A stretch of DNA of 64,000 nucleotides from an uncultured bacterium (GTDB lineage: Bacteria > Fidelibacterota > JAANXI01): contig CAYPST010000001.1 in NCBI GenBank assembly GCA_964413425.1, positions 25,942-89,941 on the forward strand. The letters are read 5' to 3'. The notes beneath the pieces were generated by a model that searched no databases, had not been told where the DNA came from, and worked only from the letters and a program-made list of their open reading frames with translations. The translations under genes were made by a program, and so were the position numbers. Every line of letters starts with the position of its first letter. Within the stretch, counting starts at the first letter, position 1. Shown here one piece after another: positions 9,060-18,659 of this stretch.

Positions 9060-10652
9060 TCACGTCGACACCTTGAGCCGGTGAATTTCCCGGTCGCTCA
9101 CCTGTGCATATTTCCGTCCGCAGCGTTCGCAGACGGCTTTCTCCCCATCAAATGCCAGCCGGGTTCCGCACTCACACATCCAGCCGGCAATTCGCCCCGG
9201 GTTGCCAACCACAAGCGCATAGTCAGGCACATCTTTGGTTACCACCGCGCCGGCACCAATAAATGCATGCTTCCCCAGGGTGATCCCGCAGAGAATGGTG
9301 GCATTTGCACCGATAGAAACGCCTTCCTTCACCAGGGTTTTGATATAATACTCCGATCCCCGCTGAGGATATTTGGAGCGGGGATTCATAATATTGGTGA
9401 ATACCATGGATGGCCCGCAGAACACGTAATCCTCCAGCTCCACTCCCTCGTATACCGAGACATTGTTCTGGATTTTCACATGATCCCCAACCCGGACCCT
9501 GGGCCCCACCATGACATTCTGTCCCAGAGTGCAGTTCTCTCCGATGGTGGTATCGCCGAGAATATGACTGAAATGCCAGATTTTGGTCCCCTTCCCGATG
9601 GTGACGTTTTCGTCAATCACCGCGGTATCATGCACTCCCGGATGTCTGGGAGGTTTCACCCTCTCTGCTTCCCGGGAAACCAGACTGTTCTGCGCGGCAT
9701 CCAGAATTTGCAGCACCTGGATGCCGTTGCGCCCATCGGTTAACGGCTGCTTCCGCGACCGGACGCACTCCAGAAAGTGCTGACACTCCGACTTCAGGGG
9801 TTCTGTCTCCGGATAGGAAATACTCTCCCACTCGTTTTTCCGGGGAATCGGCTCCCCCTCCGTCCAGTCGATTCCCCGATCATACAGTTTGAGTTTATCT
9901 TCCGAGGCGGTATCCTCGAACACCAGCATTTTCTTACTCCCGATGATGGCCAGTCTGTGCTCCTTGAACGGATGCAGCCAGGACACATGAATATGCCCCA
10001 GCTGGTTATCGGGAAACTCCAGGGTGGTCAGGGTGACATCATGAATGTTCGGCTGCAGGAACATCCCGCCCTGGCAGCTGACGTTCTCCGGCATCGCCTT
10101 TAACAGGTGAAGCAGAACAGAAATATCGTGGGGAGCAAAACTCCAGAGAATATTTTCTTCCTGCCGGACTTTCCCCAGGTTCAACCGGTGAGAATAGACA
10201 TGATAGATCCGGCCGAGCTCGCCGGCGTCAATCATCTCCTTTATCTTCACAATGGCCGGATGATATAACAACAGGTGCCCGACCATCAGAATACGGTCGT
10301 TCTCCAACGCCAGCCGGTGCAGTTCTTCCGCCTCGTCCACCCGCAGCGCCAGCGGTTTTTCCACAAAGATATCTTTCCCGGCCAGCAGGGCTTTTCTGGC
10401 AATGGCATAATGGGTTTCCGCCGGGGTGGCGATGCCCACTGCAGTATAGTCATTCCGCTCCAGCACCTCATCCACGGATCCGAATCCCTCCGTTCCGGGA
10501 TATTGCTGCAGGAATGTTTCGAGACGTTCGGAATTGTCTTCCACAATGCCGCTGAGAACATCCAATTCGTGAAAATTCCTGATCAGATTCTTTCCCCAGT
10601 AACCAGCACCGATCACGGCCAGATTAATTTCAAAGGAAAATGAGGATGGCAA
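9060..10652 (-). CDS. bifunctional Gfo/Idh/MocA oxidoreductase (WbpB-like) fused to a hexapeptide-repeat N-acetyltransferase (WbpD-like), with a C-terminal zinc-ribbon
   Basis: 530 aa; N-terminal Rossmann GAGYWG plus EKPLAL of the Gfo/Idh/MocA family; C-terminal left-handed beta-helix hexapeptide repeats; terminal CECG-x13-CERCG. Confidence 0.75.
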   Translation of the reverse strand: MPSSFSFEINLAVIGAGYWGKNLIRNFHELDVLSGIVEDNSERLETFLQQYPGTEGFGSVDEVLERNDYTAVGIATPAETHYAIARKALLAGKDIFVEKPLALRVDEAEELHRLALENDRILMVGHLLLYHPAIVKIKEMIDAGELGRIYHVYSHRLNLGKVRQEENILWSFAPHDISVLLHLLKAMPENVSCQGGMFLQPNIHDVTLTTLEFPDNQLGHIHVSWLHPFKEHRLAIIGSKKMLVFEDTASEDKLKLYDRGIDWTEGEPIPRKNEWESISYPETEPLKSECQHFLECVRSRKQPLTDGRNGIQVLQILDAAQNSLVSREAERVKPPRHPGVHDTAVIDENVTIGKGTKIWHFSHILGDTTIGENCTLGQNVMVGPRVRVGDHVKIQNNVSVYEGVELEDYVFCGPSMVFTNIMNPRSKYPQRGSEYYIKTLVKEGVSIGANATILCGITLGKHAFIGAGAVVTKDVPDYALVVGNPGRIAGWMCECGTRLAFDGEKAVCERCGRKYAQVSDREIHRLKVST

Positions 10653-11113
10653 AATTCATTCCCTTCCTGTTAGAATTGAGGTTGTTCCAAATAGTAAAGC
10701 AAAGAGCTTGTGTGCTTATTCAATGAGGATACCCAAGGATATATTGAATTATATTACGTATTTGTAAAGTCTTGTACAATAAGAGTCTATTTAGAAAACG
10801 CCTCGAAGAGATCCCGTGACGACGGGACAAAGAACACCTGAACAATTGGCTCCTGCATCCCGAAAAATATTCGGGAAATATGTGCTGTCTATACTCCATG
10901 GAAGCCGGGCGCAACATTTTGTCGATACTTACTGTTTTCTAAACACTCTCATAATTAAGTAAACCCTAAGTTGAGCGAAACGAGTGCCCCACTGGGATCC
11001 CTTAGGGATACTTCGGTAGAACCCCGACTGAGAAAATGTAGGTTTTCACCGAACGGGTGCGGAACGTCCCGACGCCGTTTTCGGGGAGGTGAACACGTAC
11101 ATTTTCTTTGTCG

Positions 11114-11145
11114 ATTGAGCGATTTATGGAAATAAATCGCTCAAT
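11114..11145. promoter_or_regulatory. 13-bp perfect palindrome with 6-nt spacer (ATTGAGCGATTTA-TGGAAA-TAAATCGCTCAAT)
   Basis: Both arms read identically on opposite strands; lies in the 618-bp AT-rich gap inside the polysaccharide locus; no flanking U-run, so more likely a protein-binding operator than an intrinsic terminator. Confidence 0.6.
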
Positions 11146-11270
11146 TTGGGTAAACATAATTCGTGACCATTCCCCGAAGCCTCGGGGCAGGCTGTGTAAT
11201 TCGTGGTTTCTATAGCACTCTCAGAATTGCGCAGATCAAAATTCAATTGGAATCGTCCCCGGGAATCGAA

Positions 11271-12632
11271 TCAGACTTCCAGCTTCACCGCCTCCCGGGG
11301 GGTTTCCAGATATCCGGTTCCCAGTTTGATCACATTTTGAGGAAGTTTTCCGTCGGTTTTACTGACAGCATTCCGTGTATCGACGACCAGCCGGGAATTC
11401 TCCACAATAGCCTGGTAATCGAACGTGGAATGGTCGGTGGCAATGACGGTGCAGTCGTACCCGGAAAGGAGGTCGTCGGAGTACTCGATGGATTGCATCT
11501 CCTTACCATCGAACTTGATCCGGGGGATATACGGATCGTAATACTCCACCTCGGCCCCTTTCTGGCGCAGGAGATTGATGATATCCAGCGCCGGGGATTC
11601 CCGGACATCATTGATATCCTTCTTGTAGGCGGCCCCTAACACCAGAATCCTGGCACCGTTGACGCTTTTCCGGTGCCGGTTGAGGCCTTCCATGGTGAGA
11701 TGGACCACATGGTAGGGCATTTCGGTATTGATTTCCCCTGCCAGTTCGATGAACCGGGCTTTATAATCCAGGGTCTTCATTTTCCAGGCCAGATAATGAG
11801 GGTCAATCGGAATGCAGTGTCCGCCTAAGCCGGGACCCGGATAGAACTTCATGAACCCGAACGGCTTGGTATCGGCTGCCTCGATGACCTCCCAGATATC
11901 CACACCCAGTTTCTCCGCCATAATGGCCATCTCATTCACCAGCCCGATATTAATAGATCGGAAGGTGTTCTCCAGCAACTTCACCAGTTCGGCCGCTTCC
12001 GTGGACGAGACCGGTACGATGGTATCGATGACCCCTTCATAGAGTAAGGCCCCCATCCGGGTGCACTCCGGCGTAATTCCCCCCAGAACTTTGGGGGTAT
12101 TTTTTGTGTGGTAGGTCCGATTGCCGGGATCCACTCTTTCCGGACTGAACACCAGATAGAAGTCTTCCCCGACCTCCAGCCCGCTTTCCTCCAGCCTGGG
12201 CAGCACCAGCTCTTTGGTGGTGCCGGGATAGGTGGTACTCTCCAGGATAATGATGATTCCGGAATGCAGATACTCCGTTATTGAATCCAGCGCTTTCAGG
12301 ATAAATGAGACATCGGGATCCTTCAATTTATTCAGCGGCGTGGGAACACAAATTGACACCGCTTCCATCTCTTCGATCACATTGAAATCGGTGGTGGCAG
12401 CCAGTTTACCCGCCTCAACCAGCCCTTTCAGGGTAGAATCTGAGACATCCTGGATGTAATTCTGTCCCGCGTTAATCCGCCGGACCTTCGATTCGTCAAT
12501 ATCGATCCCCACCACCCGAAATCCGGACGACGCGAAATCGGCGGCCAGCGGCAAACCGACGTATCCCAGTCCCACTATGCCCACCGTGATATCGTGCTGT
12601 TGAATTCGTTGCTCAAGATTCATTGCTGTCAA
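11271..12632 (-). CDS. nucleotide-sugar dehydrogenase (UDP-N-acetyl-D-glucosamine/mannosamine 6-dehydrogenase, WbpA/TviB-like)
   Basis: 453 aa; N-terminal GLGYVGLP Rossmann motif; catalytic Cys region (GGHCIPID); UDPG/MGDP dehydrogenase architecture. Confidence 0.8.
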   Translation of the reverse strand: MTAMNLEQRIQQHDITVGIVGLGYVGLPLAADFASSGFRVVGIDIDESKVRRINAGQNYIQDVSDSTLKGLVEAGKLAATTDFNVIEEMEAVSICVPTPLNKLKDPDVSFILKALDSITEYLHSGIIIILESTTYPGTTKELVLPRLEESGLEVGEDFYLVFSPERVDPGNRTYHTKNTPKVLGGITPECTRMGALLYEGVIDTIVPVSSTEAAELVKLLENTFRSINIGLVNEMAIMAEKLGVDIWEVIEAADTKPFGFMKFYPGPGLGGHCIPIDPHYLAWKMKTLDYKARFIELAGEINTEMPYHVVHLTMEGLNRHRKSVNGARILVLGAAYKKDINDVRESPALDIINLLRQKGAEVEYYDPYIPRIKFDGKEMQSIEYSDDLLSGYDCTVIATDHSTFDYQAIVENSRLVVDTRNAVSKTDGKLPQNVIKLGTGYLETPREAVKLEV

Positions 12633-13690
12633 CCTTGCTCTTCACCTTCCTGGTTTGATAATTCCAGTTGATAGTGTTGTTTATAATATTCTAAAAAATC
12701 GCCGCTTTTTAACGGCTTCCACCAGGAGTCATTTTCCCGGTACCATTGGATAGTCTCCAGGAGCGCTGTTTCAAATCCGGATGTGCCTCGATGGATCGGA
12801 GTCCATCCCAGCGCATTGATTTTGGTGGTCTCGAGTGCATACCTGCGGTCGTGGGCCTTCCGATCAGTGACAAATTGAATGAACGATTCATCCTTGTCAA
12901 GCACTGATAAAATCATCCGGGTGATCTCAATATTCTGCATTTCATTCCCGGCAGCGATGTTGTAGGCTTCCCCTTCTGCACCGTGCTCTATCAGGAAACA
13001 AATGGCGTCGCAATGATCTTCCACATACAGCCAGTCACGGACATTTGTCCCGTCGCCGTACAGCGGGAGTGGTTCCTCCTGAAGTGCATTGGTCACGAAT
13101 AACGGAATCAGCTTTTCAGGATACTGGTACGGTCCGAAGTTATTGGAGGCCCTGGAAATAATCACCGGCACGTCATACGTCTGTGCATAGGCATAGGCCA
13201 GCCGATCGGCACCCGCCTTGCTTGCGGCATACGGATTGCTGGGCATCAGTGGAGACTCTTCTGAAAACTTGCCGCGCTCGATACTGCCATAGACTTCATC
13301 GGTGGAAACCTGAATAAATTTCCCCAGACCGAACTCCCTGGCAGCTTCCAGCAGTCGATAGGCACCATAGATATCGGTGTGAATAAAATCATCGGGGTTG
13401 CCGATAGACCGGTCGACGTGGCTCTCCGCGGCAAAATTAATTAGGATGTCCGGCCTGAATTCACCGAAAATCTCTCCCACCACTCCGGCATCGCAGATAT
13501 CGCCCCGGATAAACTGATACGTCGCCGTATCCTCTATATCCCGCAGGTTGGCCGGATTGCCGGCATAGGTGAGTTTATCCAGATTCACCACCTGCACATC
13601 GGGATAGCGCTGCATAATATAACGGATAAAGTTGCTGCCGATGAACCCGCATCCGCCGGTTACAAAAAAGGTATGGTCCGCTATGGTCAT
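12629..13690 (-). CDS. rfbB: dTDP-glucose 4,6-dehydratase
   Basis: 353 aa; TGGCGFIGSNF Rossmann motif; STDEVYG and YAASK catalytic motifs of the extended SDR family. Confidence 0.85.
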   Translation of the reverse strand: MTIADHTFFVTGGCGFIGSNFIRYIMQRYPDVQVVNLDKLTYAGNPANLRDIEDTATYQFIRGDICDAGVVGEIFGEFRPDILINFAAESHVDRSIGNPDDFIHTDIYGAYRLLEAAREFGLGKFIQVSTDEVYGSIERGKFSEESPLMPSNPYAASKAGADRLAYAYAQTYDVPVIISRASNNFGPYQYPEKLIPLFVTNALQEEPLPLYGDGTNVRDWLYVEDHCDAICFLIEHGAEGEAYNIAAGNEMQNIEITRMILSVLDKDESFIQFVTDRKAHDRRYALETTKINALGWTPIHRGTSGFETALLETIQWYRENDSWWKPLKSGDFLEYYKQHYQLELSNQEGEEQG

Positions 13691-14145
13691 CGATTCTCCC
13701 TCTCCCAGTTGTAGGGAATTTCGTCCGTATCGAAAGGCAGTCGATACTCATCGGGATCTTCATGATTATACGGTTGATTGACAACACTCATCACCAGAGA
13801 TTCCGTATCCGAAATCCCCTTCCAGCCGTGATAGACGTAGGGGGGGATACTCACGATCATCATGTTGTGATCTCCGATGTAAAATTCGTTCACTTCCCCG
13901 TGGGTCGGGCTCCTGTCTCTGGCATCGTACAGGGCCAGCTTTATCATCCCGGAGACGCAGCAGACTGCGTCGTGCCGCTGCTCTTTGTGATAGTGCCAGG
14001 CTTTGACCACCCCCGGATAGTTAGTGGTGAGATAGACCTGGCCAAATTGGGTAAACATCTCGTCATCCCGCCGCAATATCTCAAACAAGCGGCCGCGTTC
14101 GTCCGGAATGACACGCAGTTTTTTGGTTTGCACTCCTTCGATCAT
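13687..14145 (-). CDS. dTDP-4-dehydrorhamnose 3,5-epimerase-like cupin (RmlC/WxcM family)
   Basis: 152 aa; cupin with a conserved His pair (KAWHYHKEQ); 4-nt overlaps with both neighbours; shorter than canonical RmlC, so the exact activity is uncertain. Confidence 0.6.
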   Translation of the reverse strand: MIEGVQTKKLRVIPDERGRLFEILRRDDEMFTQFGQVYLTTNYPGVVKAWHYHKEQRHDAVCCVSGMIKLALYDARDRSPTHGEVNEFYIGDHNMMIVSIPPYVYHGWKGISDTESLVMSVVNQPYNHEDPDEYRLPFDTDEIPYNWERENR

Positions 14146-15467
14146 GAGAGTTTCTCACTATACGTTTCTCTCCCCACACAGGCGTATTTAAATCCAATCT
14201 GCCGAACGGTGTCGGGGTCATATAAATTGCGGCAATCCACCAGTATCGGCTGTTGCATCAACTGTTTGACCCGGGCCAGATCGATTCCGCGGAATTCGTT
14301 CCATTCCGTAAGCACCATTACCGCGTGGGAGTCCTTCACACTTTCGTAGAGGTCTTCCACATACTCTAATTCCGGATGAATTTCTTTCATGGATGCTATT
14401 GCCACCGGATCGAATGCCTTGATTTTCGCGTTAACCGCCTGCAATCTGTTTATTATCGGAAGGGCCGGCGATTCCCGTACATCATCCGTTCGCTGCTTGA
14501 AGGCCAACCCCAGAAGCGTGACTGTCTTTCCCTCCGGATCCGGCAGCAGGGTTTGCAGCTTGTCAAACATGCGTAATTTCTGGGCTTCGTTCACCTCGGT
14601 GACCGCCTGAATCAATTTCGCCTGGTAACCCATTTTTTCGCCGATGGCGTGCAGTGCCCGGACATCTTTGGGAAAACAGGAGCCTCCGAACCCGGGTCCG
14701 GGATGCAAAAATTTGGGGGAGATCCGCCCATCCAATCCCATGGTTTTGGCGACGACATGGACGTCCGCACCAACGTGATCACATAAGTTGGCCATCTCGT
14801 TAATAAAGGTGATTTTGGTGGCCAGGAAGGCGTTGGAGGCGTATTTAATCAGTTCGGCAGTCGGAATATTGGTAAAGATGAATGGCGTTTCGATGAGGTA
14901 CAACGGACGGTAGATTTCCTGTATGATCTGTTGTCCGTGTTCGGTTTCGGAGCCGATAACCACCCGATCCGGGTGCATGAAATCGTACACCGCGGATCCC
15001 TCCCGGAGAAATTCGGGATTGCTGACGACCTCAAAACTGCTGCCCGGCTGTGCGACCTTTGCGATAATCTTTCGAATTTCTGCTCCGGTCCCCACAGGTA
15101 CCGTGCTCTTGGTCACCACAAACTTGTGCCCATCGAGGTTTTTCCCGATGGTTTCTGCCACAGCAAACACCTGGCTCAGGTCCGCCTGCCCGTCATCCGC
15201 GGAGGGGGTTCCGACCGCAATAAACACAATTTCGGCGTCCCGGATGCCCGCCTCAATGTCCACTGAGAAATGCAGCCGTCCCGCCCGGACGTTCTTCCGA
15301 ACCATCTCAATCAGGCCCGGCTCCCAGATGGGGAGCTGCCCTTTGTTCAGGGTCTTGATTTTTTTACGATCAATATCCAGACAGGTCACTTCGTTTCCGA
15401 AATCAGCCAGCCCGGTGCCGGAGACCAGGCCGACGTATCCCGCTCCAATCACTGCTATTCTTCGCAC
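14142..15467 (-). CDS. ugd: UDP-glucose 6-dehydrogenase
   Basis: 441 aa; N-terminal GAGYVGLV motif; catalytic GFGGSCFPKD motif. Confidence 0.85.
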   Translation of the reverse strand: MRRIAVIGAGYVGLVSGTGLADFGNEVTCLDIDRKKIKTLNKGQLPIWEPGLIEMVRKNVRAGRLHFSVDIEAGIRDAEIVFIAVGTPSADDGQADLSQVFAVAETIGKNLDGHKFVVTKSTVPVGTGAEIRKIIAKVAQPGSSFEVVSNPEFLREGSAVYDFMHPDRVVIGSETEHGQQIIQEIYRPLYLIETPFIFTNIPTAELIKYASNAFLATKITFINEMANLCDHVGADVHVVAKTMGLDGRISPKFLHPGPGFGGSCFPKDVRALHAIGEKMGYQAKLIQAVTEVNEAQKLRMFDKLQTLLPDPEGKTVTLLGLAFKQRTDDVRESPALPIINRLQAVNAKIKAFDPVAIASMKEIHPELEYVEDLYESVKDSHAVMVLTEWNEFRGIDLARVKQLMQQPILVDCRNLYDPDTVRQIGFKYACVGRETYSEKLS

Positions 15468-15570
15468 AGATTACTCCTCACTTAACCAATGCAAGCAAAT
15501 ACTTGAATTCCTTTGAAAATTTCAAAAATTGTAGAAAAGTCTCATACGAAAATCAACCATTTCTTTCTGC

Positions 15571-17640
15571 TCATAACAATCCGCTCCTCCGGCGTATCCA
15601 CCAGTCGACCGCAAACATCACTACCAACACCCCCCAAATCCAATGGGCGGATCGTAACCGCAAAGCGTGCTGGCGTGTCTCCCGGATGTTCGGTGCTTCG
15701 GAAACCCGGGTCATCGGGAAATCCCGCATATCCGACAATGATTCCCCGGAATAACGGGTACTGAGGTTTTGTAACTGCTCGGGATTCCCCTGGGTGCCAC
15801 TCGTCTCGAGATTGATTTCCGGTATCCGGAACACTGCGGACATAACTTCCAGAGTATCAACAGGCGTGTAGGCCCTGGTCCGAAGCCGGTATTCCCCGGG
15901 GACGCGTATTTTTTCCTGATACATGTACATCTCACCATCCCGGGAAAACAATCCCCGGTGAGCGATCTGTCCGGTGGAATCCACCACCTCTCCTAACACT
16001 TTTGCGATCTCGACCGGCTGCATAGCGGTCGTATAGACTTGCGCTTCCGCACGTAGTGAATTTTGCGCATCCACCTCCGTCCAGACCTGCAGTCTGTCAG
16101 AAGGGGAGGTTTGCAATATCCAATACAACAGCTGAGCCAGGGTCGCCCGGTACGGATGTTCCGGGAATATCTGGCTGTTGCCCCTCCCTTCCATCTGTTG
16201 TTTCGCGAAATCCCATCGCCATAAATGCTGCCCGAGAATACGGATCATCTTCGGATCGGTACTCTCATGGAACGTAATAACCGGAGCGCCTGATGCTCTG
16301 CCGCGTAATGCCACTCTCTGCGATTGCTGTGCCAATCCGGGGGCCGGCAGTGTCCAGATGGGCGGTAATTGTTCCCAGGCCGACATACGCCGAATCACAG
16401 ACAGCAGGGGATTATCCGTCCGGTTGGCAATTTGCACTCCTTCCTCCATCCAATCATTGGAATTGGAAGGATTCGGTCCTGCTATCTGCCCCCGGGAGTC
16501 GGCTTGCAGGAGAATGCCTCGCAGATCAGATTGGTCTCGTGCTCTGGTGATGATATCCGAACCGCCGGCCGGGCGGCCGATTACATACACAATATCGGCC
16601 AGCGCAAACAGTGAATCCAGTGCTGATTGCGGTGATAACGTCGCATAAAACGTGTCCAACGAGAAACGCTCCATCTGCCGGATGGCCTGCCCTGCAAATC
16701 GCGTTTCATAGGAGGGGGTCTCAGCGTATAAGAGCACCTGATAGCGGGAGGGCCGAACTCTGATCTGACGTCTGGAGACATTATTTGTCTTATGTTGTTC
16801 CCCCGGGAGTGTATCGATCCGGCCGACTATTTGATAGTCTCCGGGATCGGAGAGAACAAACATTTCCGTCATCTCCCGGCTGTAGGATCCGGGAGAAAAA
16901 ACCAGGGACTCCGCAGCATGATGATAAGAATTCGAATTCACTCGAAAATTCAGCGTGCTCTCCCGCGGAAGCCGTTCCACCGTAAACTGCAACTGTGTCC
17001 GGATAGAATCTCCGGCATACGCGACCCGGGGAAGCATCATCTGCTCTAACCGGATGTCGGGAGCCACAGCAGAGTCGCCAACAAAATGGGTATAGACGGG
17101 GATGTGAGCCGCCGCCCCGGGAGTGATCGATCCCGGGAGTACTCCACTGTTATGACTGCCATCACTCACAATGAAGGCTGCCCGAATATTATTTGCACGC
17201 TGATGCTCCCTCATGTGGAAAAGCGGCAGGCTCAGGTTCGTCAATTGTTCGTCAAACTCCAGCGCCGAAATGCCATTCACCTGGTGTACGTCACTGTCGA
17301 AAGAGTACAGGGTATAGTTCACATTCTGTTGATCGAATTGATCCAGCAGAGATTGGAGTACGCTGTGTACCCGGTCAGCATCGTCCTGCATACTCTGGGA
17401 ATTATCCACATAGATGGCGACCACCGGAGGCAGGGAGCGTGAAGTTTGCCAGAGCGCCTGCAGGTTCACGGTGAGCAGTACCAGGACAACCAGGCCCATC
17501 ATTCTGATGGTACGTAAAACAACTGCAATCCGGCGCTCTGCAATTTTGCGCAAATAATAGGTGCTCCACCACCAGAAAGTGAGTCCTCCGGCGAGGACGA
17601 TGAGTGTAATCCAGGCCGAATCTGTGAGTAACCGGAACAT
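15571..17640 (-). CDS. von Willebrand factor type A (VWA) domain-containing membrane protein (BatA-like)
   Basis: About 690 aa from an internal Met; two N-terminal TM helices; MIDAS motif DNSQS; the start chosen at 17640 abuts the tsaD stop codon. Confidence 0.6.
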   Translation of the reverse strand: MFRLLTDSAWITLIVLAGGLTFWWWSTYYLRKIAERRIAVVLRTIRMMGLVVLVLLTVNLQALWQTSRSLPPVVAIYVDNSQSMQDDADRVHSVLQSLLDQFDQQNVNYTLYSFDSDVHQVNGISALEFDEQLTNLSLPLFHMREHQRANNIRAAFIVSDGSHNSGVLPGSITPGAAAHIPVYTHFVGDSAVAPDIRLEQMMLPRVAYAGDSIRTQLQFTVERLPRESTLNFRVNSNSYHHAAESLVFSPGSYSREMTEMFVLSDPGDYQIVGRIDTLPGEQHKTNNVSRRQIRVRPSRYQVLLYAETPSYETRFAGQAIRQMERFSLDTFYATLSPQSALDSLFALADIVYVIGRPAGGSDIITRARDQSDLRGILLQADSRGQIAGPNPSNSNDWMEEGVQIANRTDNPLLSVIRRMSAWEQLPPIWTLPAPGLAQQSQRVALRGRASGAPVITFHESTDPKMIRILGQHLWRWDFAKQQMEGRGNSQIFPEHPYRATLAQLLYWILQTSPSDRLQVWTEVDAQNSLRAEAQVYTTAMQPVEIAKVLGEVVDSTGQIAHRGLFSRDGEMYMYQEKIRVPGEYRLRTRAYTPVDTLEVMSAVFRIPEINLETSGTQGNPEQLQNLSTRYSGESLSDMRDFPMTRVSEAPNIRETRQHALRLRSAHWIWGVLVVMFAVDWWIRRRSGLL

Positions 17641-18644
17641 CAGAGCGACGAGATACTTAATCGTGGTTCGGTAGTGAAATGCAGCGTCGTGGGGCGGTCG
17701 TGCTTCAACGCCATCCAACCCGCATATGCAATCATAGCTCCGTTATCGGTGCAGTATTCAAATGCGGGATAAAACACCTGCACGTCCAGCGTTTCACTCA
17801 GTTCGATCATTCGCCGGCGCAATCGGGAATTCGCGGCTACTCCGCCGGCAATCGTCACACGGGTAATCCCGGTGCATTCCACCGCCTGTTCAATTTTTGT
17901 CACCAGAGAATCAATCACAGCGGCCTGGAAACTGGCGCAGAGATCCGAAATCTGTTGACGCCGGGGCTCTTCATCCAGCGATTCGATGGTATAGAATACT
18001 GCGGTTTTTAATCCCGAGAAACTGAAATTTAAGTCACCGGAATCGATCATGCCTCTGGGAAAGTCATAGGCCTCCACATTACCATTCCGGGCATATTTGT
18101 CGATATACGGACCGCCCGGATATCCGAGATCCAGCAGCCGTGCTATTTTATCGAAGGCCTCTCCGGCAGCATCGTCGATTGTGGTTCCCAGGATCTTGTA
18201 TGCTCCGTAGGCGTCCACCTGGATAATCTGGGTGTGGCCTCCGGAGACCAGCAGACAGAGGAACGGATACGTCAGGTCCGGATTGTCAATAAAATTCGCC
18301 AGCAGGTGAGCCTCGATATGGTTGACAGAGATAATGGGCAACGCATTGCGGAGTGCCAGGCCTTTCCCGAAGCTCACGCCCACCAATAACGAGCCCATCA
18401 ATCCGGGCCCGGCAGTCACGGCGATACCATTCACGGCCGGCAATGAGATTCCCGCTGCGGTAAGCGCCGATTCGGTAATATGCGCCAGGAGCCGTTCGTG
18501 CTCTCGCGATGCCACTTCAGGGACCACTCCGCCGTATTCACCATGCACCTGCTGCGACGCAATGATATTACTGCGGACTGCGCCCTCCTCAACCACGCCC
18601 ACTGATGTTTCATCACACGATGTCTCAATTCCCAACACAACCAT
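17640..18644 (-). CDS. tsaD: tRNA N6-adenosine threonylcarbamoyltransferase
   Basis: 334 aa; Kae1/TsaD signatures (GIETSCDETS, metal-binding HIEAH). Confidence 0.9.
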   Translation of the reverse strand: MVVLGIETSCDETSVGVVEEGAVRSNIIASQQVHGEYGGVVPEVASREHERLLAHITESALTAAGISLPAVNGIAVTAGPGLMGSLLVGVSFGKGLALRNALPIISVNHIEAHLLANFIDNPDLTYPFLCLLVSGGHTQIIQVDAYGAYKILGTTIDDAAGEAFDKIARLLDLGYPGGPYIDKYARNGNVEAYDFPRGMIDSGDLNFSFSGLKTAVFYTIESLDEEPRRQQISDLCASFQAAVIDSLVTKIEQAVECTGITRVTIAGGVAANSRLRRRMIELSETLDVQVFYPAFEYCTDNGAMIAYAGWMALKHDRPTTLHFTTEPRLSISSL

Positions 18645-18659
18645 GGATACTGCCTTGAC

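Noticed and set aside
10720-10917. 65-aa minus-strand ORF in the 618-bp polysaccharide-locus gap
   Set aside because: No RBS, an Arg/Leu/Ser-biased composition unlike real proteins here, and it sits in AT-rich presumably regulatory DNA.
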